A DNA stretch of 13,872 nt from NCBI GenBank assembly GCA_963977445.1, contig CAXBPH010000190.1:1-13872 (forward strand). The letters are read 5' to 3'. The translations under genes were made by a program, and so were the position numbers. The notes under the pieces are model-generated. The model searched no databases and was not told the DNA's origin. It saw only the letters and a program-made list of their open reading frames with translations. How positions within the stretch are numbered: position 1 is the first letter of the stretch; the number at the start of each line of letters is the position of its first letter. Below, piece after piece: positions 1-7,484 of this stretch. The DNA comes from an uncultured bacterium. GTDB taxonomy: Bacteria; Hydrogenedentota; Hydrogenedentia; Hydrogenedentales; JAEUWI01.

Positions 1-87
1 CACCTGCACCTTCACCTTACCTTCACCTTCACCTTCACCTTCTCCTTCTCCTTCACCTTCACCTTCACCTTCACCTTCACCTTCACC
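1..87 (-). repeat. Hexanucleotide tandem repeat (GGTGAA/GGAGAA)n encoding a Gly-Glu linker
   Basis: The plus strand reads (ccttca)n with two ccttct units. There are 11 in-frame GE pairs from 87 to 22, then a unit lacking one base between positions 18 and 19. Confidence 0.97.
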
Positions 88-1545
88 ACCGGACTCCACG
101 AATCCCAGCTTTACCAGAAATCCATCGGTGTTTCCATCGGGTGCGGTCAGGTTCGCTTCGCCCACACCCGGATCAAAGTCGACTGTTAGCTCGAAAGTAC
201 CCGCCACAAATACATTGTGCGCTGCATCCACAACGATAGACTCGCCTTGGTCAAATCCCGCGCCGGGGAATTGTTTCCCCCAGACAAAATCTCCATCGAC
301 GTCAAGGCGGGACACAAAAATATCGGTAACCCCCGCCGTGGTCACATTTGCCTCGCCCGCACCGGGGTCGAGATCGATAGTCCCCTGGAAGTAGCCGGTG
401 GTGTACACACTGCCTTCCCCGCCAACAGCGATGGCAAGTCCCGTGTCGCGGCTGTTGCCGCCCAGGGAGCGAGCCCAGACATGATTCCCTGCGGAATCCA
501 ATTTTGAAATGAAGACGCTGTCGGAAAGGGAGAATATTTCGTCCGTTCCCGCGCCGGGATCAAAGTCTACGGTTCCCGAATAGAAGCCCGTGGTGTATAC
601 ATTGCCGGCGCTGTCCGCAGCAATGGCCTCGCCCTGCTCGATACCCGTGCCACCCATCTGCCGGGCCCATACGAGTTCACCATCCGAATTGAGTTTGGCG
701 GCAAAAATATCCGTCACACCAAAACTGGTCAGGAGGAATTCGCCCTCGCTGGAGTCAAAGTCCACCGTATCTTCAAAACGCCCCACGATACAGGCATTGT
801 CCATGCCATCGACCGCCAATCCGAAGCCCTCTTCCCGACCACTACCGCTAAAGGAAGTCGCCCAGGCAAAATTTCCATCGGCATCGAGCTTAAATACGAA
901 CGCATCGGCATCACCATTGCTGGTGATGTTGTTGAACTCGTCGCTGGGATCAAAATCCAACGTTCCGCGAAAATATCCCGTGCTGTAGACCGCCCCGGTA
1001 CTATCAACATCCATGCCTTCCAGATTATCGGTAAAGGAATTCCCGATAGCTCGGGCCCAGATAAAATCGCCCGATGGGTCCAGCTTTAAGACAAAAATAT
1101 CTGAACTACCCCGCCCCGGTAGTTGAGACACACCCTCCCCCGGGTCAAAGTCTACGGTACCCGTAAAGGTTCCACCCACATAGATGTTTCCGGTAGCATC
1201 CAATCTTATTTCGTTTACTTCGTCTTTTACGGTACCACCGAAGGTGCGCGACCAGACCAGTGCCCCCGTGTCATCCAGTTTCACAACGAAGATGTCGTCC
1301 GATCCGGCACTGGTAACTTCGGAAGTCCCCAAACCCGGATCCAAATCGACGGTCCCTCGGAATTGCCCCGTCACATAGGTGTTCCCATTGTCGTCCACCG
1401 CCACCCCAAATGCCTGGTTGTCTTCGGCCCCGCTGAAGGCCGCCGCATAATCCAGCGCGACATCCTGCGCCGTCGTGGCCCCCGGGAAGAGCGATACTCC
1501 CAGCAACAAAAACAAAACACCGCTACTTTTTTGAATCATACCCAT
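1..1545 (-). CDS. Secreted seven-bladed beta-propeller (SBBP-repeat-like) surface protein with (GE)n linker; 3' end truncated by the window edge
   Basis: Hand-translated, 515 codons with no stop (likely why the ORF track omits it). AGGAG lies 6 nt before ATG 1545. The N-terminus is signal-peptide-like (MGMIQKSSGVLFLLLGVSLFPGATTAQ). Seven ~60-aa repeats resemble A-V-D-x-x-G-N-x-Y-x-T-G-x-F-x-G-T-V-D-F-D-P-G...D-I-F-V-x-K-L-D-x-x-G-x-x-x-W, with cores DLDPG, DFDPG, DFDPS, DFDSS, DFDPG, DLDPG, DFDPG. These are followed by GEGEGE. Confidence 0.92.
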   Translation of the reverse strand, partial: MGMIQKSSGVLFLLLGVSLFPGATTAQDVALDYAAAFSGAEDNQAFGVAVDDNGNTYVTGQFRGTVDLDPGLGTSEVTSAGSDDIFVVKLDDTGALVWSRTFGGTVKDEVNEIRLDATGNIYVGGTFTGTVDFDPGEGVSQLPGRGSSDIFVLKLDPSGDFIWARAIGNSFTDNLEGMDVDSTGAVYSTGYFRGTLDFDPSDEFNNITSNGDADAFVFKLDADGNFAWATSFSGSGREEGFGLAVDGMDNACIVGRFEDTVDFDSSEGEFLLTSFGVTDIFAAKLNSDGELVWARQMGGTGIEQGEAIAADSAGNVYTTGFYSGTVDFDPGAGTDEIFSLSDSVFISKLDSAGNHVWARSLGGNSRDTGLAIAVGGEGSVYTTGYFQGTIDLDPGAGEANVTTAGVTDIFVSRLDVDGDFVWGKQFPGAGFDQGESIVVDAAHNVFVAGTFELTVDFDPGVGEANLTAPDGNTDGFLVKLGFVESGGEGEGEGEGEGEGEGEGEGEGEGKVKVQV

Positions 1546-1733
1546 GAATAGCTCCTGAAAATGTTCTCAGCGACGCGTGATGCGGCCGCGCACAAGTCAG
1601 AATCGAAACACCCATAAAAATCACGTGCATATCCTGAGATACCCATGAATCCTATACGAGCTACCCGGTGTCATACAAATGCGTTATAGAAAGGTGTGTC
1701 GATGGGACGATAGCGTTCAACTTCTCCCGCGCC

Positions 1734-2813
1734 TCACTGCCCTCCTTCGAGCAATTTATTGTCCAACACGGCTGCAGCCAGCGTTTCACCCACCAATCGA
1801 TTACCCGCCGGTGTATAGTGAAAGGCGGAACGGCGCCACACCAGTAGTTCATCCAGGTGTTTGTTGAACGCCTCGGCCGGGCAACAGACGGGCATACCGC
1901 TGCCTATTATCTCGGGCCATTCGGAAATACCCGGACGATAGCCACCGGCTTCACTGCCTTGGGGAATATCCAAGAGCAAAAAGGTGGCCCCCGATGCCGT
2001 AGCTTCGCGACGAATCTCGGTCAACAGCGCAATCGTCAGCTTTTCCGCATTGGTTCGGGGCTTGGACGACGCAGTCTCTGGCGTGGGCGATGGTTCTGTG
2101 GCTGGTTCCGGGGGGCCGCCGCGGTAAGTTACCATCATTCCTTGCACAAGTCGGGATGCCGTATCTCGTCCAAAGACATACAGATGGGATGAAGAGGATA
2201 CCCACCGATAGAGTGCGTAACTGTTCAATTTCTCCCTGACCTTGACCGAAGGCAAGTAGGTCTTGTTTGCGGGCTCTAATACACCCTCCTTAAGTCGAAA
2301 CAAGTTGGACCGAACATTGTCACTTATATCGGTAATATGCCAGGCAACAACGACGAGGTCGGGATCATATTTCAGGCCTTCCGCCCGCAATGCGAGGAGC
2401 TCTTCGGCGTTTCCGTGTCCCGATACACCCAGATTGATTACACGGCATGGCTGATCATTCTCCTTCAGAATTGATGCCATTTGCGCATGAAAGGTCTGGT
2501 CAAGCTTGGCGCCATAGCCCATCGTAAAGGAATCACCCAAAAAGACAACCCGCTTTTCACCGGCAGGTTTTTCATAGGGTATTTCTTCATCGCTTCGAAT
2601 GCCCCGAGAGTTGATATTAAACTCGACGCGGTAGTCAGGCGTTTTGTGCACATAGTGGGCGTTGGGCGAGTTGCCCCGGATGCCGTAATCCGTAGCGCTC
2701 ACATAACGTGGCATGAGCGGCAACGGAGAAAAGACCCGTATGTACACCTCGGCTGCGATGACCACGTAGACGGCCACCAACAAGACTCGAATCACTTTCT
2801 TTACAATATTCAT
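1734..2813 (-). CDS. Membrane-anchored SGNH/GDSL-fold protein, likely acyl-transfer partner of the MBOAT (AlgX/PatB-like role)
   Basis: 359 aa with an N-terminal TM anchor. Motifs: INSRGIRS, block I VVFLGDSFTMG, block II VINLGVSGHG, YDPDLVVV, and C-terminal FHYTPAGNRLVG. It starts 22 nt after the MBOAT stop. Confidence 0.88.
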   Translation of the reverse strand: MNIVKKVIRVLLVAVYVVIAAEVYIRVFSPLPLMPRYVSATDYGIRGNSPNAHYVHKTPDYRVEFNINSRGIRSDEEIPYEKPAGEKRVVFLGDSFTMGYGAKLDQTFHAQMASILKENDQPCRVINLGVSGHGNAEELLALRAEGLKYDPDLVVVAWHITDISDNVRSNLFRLKEGVLEPANKTYLPSVKVREKLNSYALYRWVSSSSHLYVFGRDTASRLVQGMMVTYRGGPPEPATEPSPTPETASSKPRTNAEKLTIALLTEIRREATASGATFLLLDIPQGSEAGGYRPGISEWPEIIGSGMPVCCPAEAFNKHLDELLVWRRSAFHYTPAGNRLVGETLAAAVLDNKLLEGGQ

Positions 2814-2835
2814 GGATTATGTTCTCTGGAACAGG

Positions 2836-4506
2836 TCAAAATGCGAAGTAGATGAACTCAATCGTCTCGGTATTCCGGAGCAGCAGGATGGACAAGATGA
2901 TAAATATCCAGACATTCAAACGAACAAACCAGTGCCAGCGCGCCATTGGATTCAAGGTGCCGGTGTACCATTGAATAATCTGAAAGAGTATCAGGAACCA
3001 ACCATAGAACAGGAAGTCTTGTGCAAGCTCAATGGTATGGGCATCCCATCCGAAATTCAGGAAAATGGACTGTAGAAAGAGCCCGATGGTCGTCACGTTT
3101 CTGGCACGAAAAATCAGCCATCCGATGCACACAAACTGAAACATGACCAACCCTTTGGCAAGGGTCAGCCAGTACGGAGCCTTAACCAGTTCCTTGGGCG
3201 CACTGAAAAACCGATAGACCACGAGGAGGGCACCTTGGTAGGCACCCCACAAGACGAAGGTCCACGCGGCTCCGTGCCAGAGCCCGCCCAGGAGCATGGT
3301 CAACATCAGGTTAACGTAGGTGCGCCGTGGTCCTTTGCGATTCCCGCCCAGCGGCACATAGAGGTAATCGCGCAGCCAACTCGAAAGACTGATGTGCCAA
3401 CGTTGCCAGAATGCCGAAGGGGACGTGGAAAAGTAGGGCAAATTGAAGTTGAGCATTAAATCAAAGCCCATCAGCCGGGCTGTACCACGGGCGATATCGG
3501 AATAGCCGGAAAAGTCCGCATATATCTGGAAAGCGAAAGCATATACGGCGATCAGACAGGTGAGGCCGTCCGCGGGCACCGCCGTGGTTGTAAGGGTATC
3601 GTAGGGTTGAAAAACGCTATTGACGATCGTTGCCATATTGTCGGCAACCACCATCTTCTTGAACAGACCCCAACCAATCAGCCACATTCCGGAGCGCCAG
3701 TCTTCCCAGGAGGCACTACGGGAACGGGTGAATTGGGGTAGCAAGTGTTTGCCCCGTTCAATGGGGCCTGCGACCAGTTGGGGAAAGAACGCGACGTAGG
3801 TGGCGAAATCGAGTAGTGAATCACTCGAATCCATTTCCTTCCGATAAACATCAATGGTGTAGCTCATCGTCTGGAAGGTGTAAAAGGAGATACCGACAGG
3901 CAGGATGACTTCCAATGTCCACGGCGTAGGCGCGGTGTGAAACAGGGTCTGGAAAATATCAGACATACCCTCGGCAAAGAAATTGAAATATTTGAAGAAG
4001 CCGAGTATCCCCAAATTGGCCACCACACTGACGGTGACAAGAAACTTTCTGCGAAAGGCTTCGGGCAATGCCGCGATGCGCCCGTGAAACAGGCACGCCA
4101 ATAGTGCGGCAACAGACGTCCCCACCAATACCTGCCATTTAGCCCAGGTCAGGGGCACCAGGGCCGCCCAGTCCACATCGCAGACAAGGTGGAGCCCTTC
4201 GTTATAAATGGTTATCTTGTCCCACTGCACGGTCAATAAGAAGAAGGCCGACAAGACGGCAGCGGCGGCAACCGATATTCGTTCCCGTTGTGTCATCGAA
4301 CCGCGATCAATCATCCTCGCTGTGGAATAATCGATACAGGTTGAGATCACGATGAGATAGAGAAAGCGATAATCCCACCAACCGTAGAACACGTAACTCA
4401 TTGCGAGCAGCATCGTATTCTGATGTTTGTAGGAACGAGCGAGCCCACGATATAGGCCCATCACGATCAAAAAGTATATAGCAAATGTCAGACTATTGAA
4501 TATCAT
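2836..4506 (-). CDS. MBOAT-family O-acyltransferase, AlgI/PatA/WssH-type
   Basis: 556 aa. Motifs: MIFNS start, SYVFYGWWD, NLGILGFFKYFNFF, LPVGISFYTFQTMSYTIDVYR, FFPQLVAGPIER, QIYADFSGYSDIA, FWQRWHISLSSWLRDYLYVPLGG, catalytic His in GGLWHGAAWTF, and C-terminal FIYFAF. Confidence 0.97.
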   Translation of the reverse strand: MIFNSLTFAIYFLIVMGLYRGLARSYKHQNTMLLAMSYVFYGWWDYRFLYLIVISTCIDYSTARMIDRGSMTQRERISVAAAAVLSAFFLLTVQWDKITIYNEGLHLVCDVDWAALVPLTWAKWQVLVGTSVAALLACLFHGRIAALPEAFRRKFLVTVSVVANLGILGFFKYFNFFAEGMSDIFQTLFHTAPTPWTLEVILPVGISFYTFQTMSYTIDVYRKEMDSSDSLLDFATYVAFFPQLVAGPIERGKHLLPQFTRSRSASWEDWRSGMWLIGWGLFKKMVVADNMATIVNSVFQPYDTLTTTAVPADGLTCLIAVYAFAFQIYADFSGYSDIARGTARLMGFDLMLNFNLPYFSTSPSAFWQRWHISLSSWLRDYLYVPLGGNRKGPRRTYVNLMLTMLLGGLWHGAAWTFVLWGAYQGALLVVYRFFSAPKELVKAPYWLTLAKGLVMFQFVCIGWLIFRARNVTTIGLFLQSIFLNFGWDAHTIELAQDFLFYGWFLILFQIIQWYTGTLNPMARWHWFVRLNVWIFIILSILLLRNTETIEFIYFAF

Positions 4507-5281
4507 CGCTTCCCCGTAGATGCTCGTCGAGCAGTAAACGCAGCTGGGGTGTTACAAAGTTTGCGAGCGAATCATAACCCGCCCGATTCAAATGAAGATC
4601 GTCCAGGGCATAGGCAGACTTCATGCGTCCACCTTCACCAAGCACGTCATCGCAATCTACGTAGAAGACCGCCTCCCCCGACAGGGACCCCAGCCATTGG
4701 TTTAGCTCCGTCACTGCCGTTAGCGTACGATCGGACCACACGGGACGGCGGCTTAGGGGTACGTCACCAACGGGAAAGATTGACAGGAGAACGACCGTGC
4801 ATTCGGCGCTCTCAAGTCGGCGGACGATTTCCTGAAGGTTACGCTTACATTCCTGAATGATGTCGTCGCCCCGGTCAGGAAAAAGGCCAATGGACTTCAA
4901 ATCATTGATTCCCAGTTGGATAACGACCATGTTGGGATTCAAGTCCAGCACTTCCCGATCCAAACGTAATAACGCTTGCGCGGTCGTCTCGCCACCTGCG
5001 CCCCGGTTGACCGCCTGGAAATCCTGGTGATCCTCAAGCCCCGCCCACATTTCGATACGGGAGTCGCCAAAGAAAACAACGCGTTTTTGGCCGTCTGGGG
5101 CATCGCTCAACGACTTCAGGTTCCGTGCAAACAGGCCTGTTTTCGTGGGGTCCAGTTGAAGCTGTTGGCGCTCCTTATAGGAGCCTATTGCCTGCCGGAA
5201 CAGGACCAGGTTGAGAACTGCACTTATGGCCAACCCGGTAAGGAGAATAAAGACCAGGCCCATACACCATATCTTTTTCAC
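4493..5281 (-). CDS. Membrane-anchored SGNH/GDSL esterase or acyltransferase
   Basis: 262 aa, GTG start, N-terminal hydrophobic helix. All four SGNH blocks are intact: FFGDS, NRGAGG, QLGIND, DDLHLN. It overlaps the MBOAT start by 14 nt. Confidence 0.93.
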   Translation of the reverse strand: MKKIWCMGLVFILLTGLAISAVLNLVLFRQAIGSYKERQQLQLDPTKTGLFARNLKSLSDAPDGQKRVVFFGDSRIEMWAGLEDHQDFQAVNRGAGGETTAQALLRLDREVLDLNPNMVVIQLGINDLKSIGLFPDRGDDIIQECKRNLQEIVRRLESAECTVVLLSIFPVGDVPLSRRPVWSDRTLTAVTELNQWLGSLSGEAVFYVDCDDVLGEGGRMKSAYALDDLHLNRAGYDSLANFVTPQLRLLLDEHLRGSDDIQ

Positions 5282-5714
5282 TATTCACCCTTCCTGGCAA
5301 AGCGACACATTCCAACCAATACCTTTGCACCCCTCCCGCCGCCGGACACGAAACCAGAATCCGACAGTACCGCCGACAATTCCAGACCCCAGACGTCTGC
5401 CCCCCAGAATCGAGCCCTATTGTCTACTTTTCCCGAGAATGATTTCAATCACTCACTGATCCCCCTGTAAACGCATGCGATGGCATTCAACCTTACGGTC
5501 ATCTTAAAGAACCGCAATAAATTCACCCGCATTAAATCTCGTCCAGGGCTTTGGTCCATCTGTTGCGATAGTAAGAATATTTGTAGAGAAGTTGCCCACC
5601 GAGCCGCTGCTACCCATACCGAGAGTCCCAAAACGGACAAATTCTAGTGGTCTGAATCACCCTGATGGATCATTATTCCGGCACTTTGTATGGCATAAAG
5701 CGCGGTGAATAACT

Positions 5715-5730
5715 CCCCTCTTGGGAGGGG
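5715..5730. terminator. GC-rich hairpin CCCCTC-ttgg-GAGGGG; possible terminator or REP-like palindrome
   Basis: A perfect 6-bp stem ~95 nt downstream of the stop of the 5826..6914 gene. The following tract is only weakly U-rich (agttattc on the minus strand). Confidence 0.3.
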
Positions 5731-5825
5731 CATCTATACCCGGTTCCTACTCAATTTCACGGGACTATAAAGACCTTCACCTATCACTCAATCCACTAGA
5801 TGACACGTTCACGGCAAAAAGTACG

Positions 5826-6914
5826 CTACCCCTTCCTCCCCATCGCCCCCTTCATTTTCCCCAGCAACTGGGAACCCGCAGGCATGCTCCCCAGGACCAA
5901 CAGCACGATATCGTCGAGATACCCGATGGGCCCGAACACGCCTTCGGGCAGGAGGTCGTAGGGCATGAGAAAGTAGGCACCTGCGAGCAGCAGGATGATG
6001 TAACCCGCAAGGTTGCTGAGCATCTCGATGATATGGGCTACCGGTTGGGGCAGGTAACTCTGTTCCAGCAGGGCGGTTGCGTAGACTTTCCCCGTATCCC
6101 GGCTGTATTCCAGGAGGCCCGCGTCGGCCAGGGCGTTGAGCTCCCGGGTCACGTGGGGTGGGGTCGCGCCATCGATATTGCGGCCTCCGATATAAAATAG
6201 CACCTCCCGATCGGTCAGCGGACGCTGGCGCACTTCCAGGAGCATTTCGCGCAGGGCCGGTCGGAGGTGGAGCCGTTCTTCGACACCCCGGGGCAAATAA
6301 AGTGTCTCCCGCCAAAGGAGCATGAATCCGGAAAACCACAGGAGATAGGCGGTGATCAGTCCAAGGTCCCAGGGGTAAAGTCCATAGAGGAGGGGCAGGC
6401 TGATAAACAACAGGAAGCCCTTGTAGGATTTGTAGGCGAAGGAGGTAACCAGAACGAATGCACAGAAGAGGTACATGGGGCTGGCGCTTATCGTGGCAGC
6501 CCCGTCTCCGGCAGCCTTGCTGAGGAGGGCGATCACTTCGCCCTGGAGCGATTGGTAGAGCCGCGCGAGGGGCCAGTCCCCCTGGTTTCCGAGAACGTGG
6601 GTAAGGCCCATCAGTGCCGTCACAAAAATAACAAAGGCCGATATAACCGCAGGTATTTCGTAGAAGGACCCCAAACGCGGACGGAGCAGGAAAAGAAAGG
6701 CCACGGTAATCAACGTGAGGACGGTGGCCGGCACGACGTGGGCATGGTGCACCCAGATGCCTGATCGAAGAATGAGTTGGGAGATGGCAGAAATCATGAG
6801 GAGCCAACCGACCATATTGGTCGTCCATTCGAAGCGATGCTCGGCGACGAGTGAGGGCTCCGGGCCGTGCATCGGGCTGGAGCCGGGAAGGCTATGGGTT
6901 TTGCCTGCACTCAT
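5826..6914 (-). CDS. Polytopic membrane protein with an internal winged-helix-like domain and C-terminal DUF1232 (YkvA-like) domain
   Basis: 362 aa with about six N-terminal hydrophobic segments. The soluble segment LREMLLEVRQRPLTDREVLFY...VTRELNALADAGLLEYSRDTGKVYAT has a wHTH pattern. The C-terminal AYFLMPYDLLPEGVFGPIGYLDDIVLL matches the DUF1232 signature YxxxPxDLIPD...GxxDD. ATGA overlap with the upstream gene. Confidence 0.8.
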   Translation of the reverse strand: MSAGKTHSLPGSSPMHGPEPSLVAEHRFEWTTNMVGWLLMISAISQLILRSGIWVHHAHVVPATVLTLITVAFLFLLRPRLGSFYEIPAVISAFVIFVTALMGLTHVLGNQGDWPLARLYQSLQGEVIALLSKAAGDGAATISASPMYLFCAFVLVTSFAYKSYKGFLLFISLPLLYGLYPWDLGLITAYLLWFSGFMLLWRETLYLPRGVEERLHLRPALREMLLEVRQRPLTDREVLFYIGGRNIDGATPPHVTRELNALADAGLLEYSRDTGKVYATALLEQSYLPQPVAHIIEMLSNLAGYIILLLAGAYFLMPYDLLPEGVFGPIGYLDDIVLLVLGSMPAGSQLLGKMKGAMGRKG

Positions 6915-7426
6915 GGCAAATACTCGGAAATCTTCTTATTGCGCGCAAAGGTCTCGTCGAGGGTCGTAAGGCGAACGTGGAGATGGTCCTGCAGGATACC
7001 GCATTGAATGGAATCTACAATAAGGCTCTTGTCCGTGTTGCCCAGCGGATATTTTTGTCCGGTAATGAGTTCCCACGCCTTGGTGTAGGAGGCATAGGCC
7101 CCTTGGAGCTTGTCGTTGTCGTTTATCCAGCTGTAGCCCTCTTCATAGAGTTGGTCGCCATGGGTGCGGAGCTGTTCCGCCGCCTTTATCTTGTCTTCCA
7201 CCGACATTTCGTGTTTTACCATGGTGGCCTCGGGCGTCGGGGCCGCCGGATCGGGGGCGAGGAAAGCGAATATGTTGATAACCAGCGCGATGGCGGCCAG
7301 CAACAGGGGCGCGAGATAGCGTTTCACACCACTATCGGCATGGGTGGCCGGGGCAGGCTCCGACGGGCGCTGTGGCAAGACATCGCCTACGGCCGTCTGG
7401 GGATCTCGGGGTTGGATTTCATTCAT
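6911..7426 (-). CDS. Hypothetical single-pass membrane protein with a helical, TPR-like C-terminal domain
   Basis: Start moved from the track's 7456 to ATG 7426, which has AAGGAG 9 nt upstream; 171 aa. TM segment YLAPLLLAAIALVINIFAFLA, a Pro/Ala linker, then AEQLRTHGDQLYEEG...LQGAYASYTKAWEL. The stop overlaps the next ATG (6911-6914). Confidence 0.8.
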   Translation of the reverse strand: MNEIQPRDPQTAVGDVLPQRPSEPAPATHADSGVKRYLAPLLLAAIALVINIFAFLAPDPAAPTPEATMVKHEMSVEDKIKAAEQLRTHGDQLYEEGYSWINDNDKLQGAYASYTKAWELITGQKYPLGNTDKSLIVDSIQCGILQDHLHVRLTTLDETFARNKKISEYLP

Positions 7427-7454
7427 GAAGTGCCACTCCTTAGCTAGGCTTCCC

Positions 7455-7484
7455 ATTGTAACGCGATGCAGGGTGCATTGTGAA
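7455..7484 (-). promoter_or_regulatory. Putative sigma70 promoter TTCACA-N18-TACAAT for the 7426/6914 operon
   Basis: Both hexamers match consensus at 5/6. It lies just upstream of the AAGGAG RBS. The spacer contains the palindrome ATGCA-N3-TGCAT (7466-7478). Confidence 0.6.

Noticed and set aside
1..87. Tandem repeat as a CRISPR array or telomere-like repeat
   Set aside because: There are no spacers, and synonymous GGT/GGA variation shows it is a coding Gly-Glu linker.
128..1551. Several plus-strand ORFs of 64-142 aa
   Set aside because: They are antisense shadows of the beta-propeller gene, and their periodicity mirrors its blades.
5449..5640. 63-aa minus-strand ORF in the long intergenic gap
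   Set aside because: TTG start, no RBS and no recognisable motif.
5809..6828. 339-aa same-strand alternative-frame ORF
   Set aside because: Arg/Pro/Gly-rich, and it overlaps the frame that carries the DUF1232 motif and the ATGA coupling.
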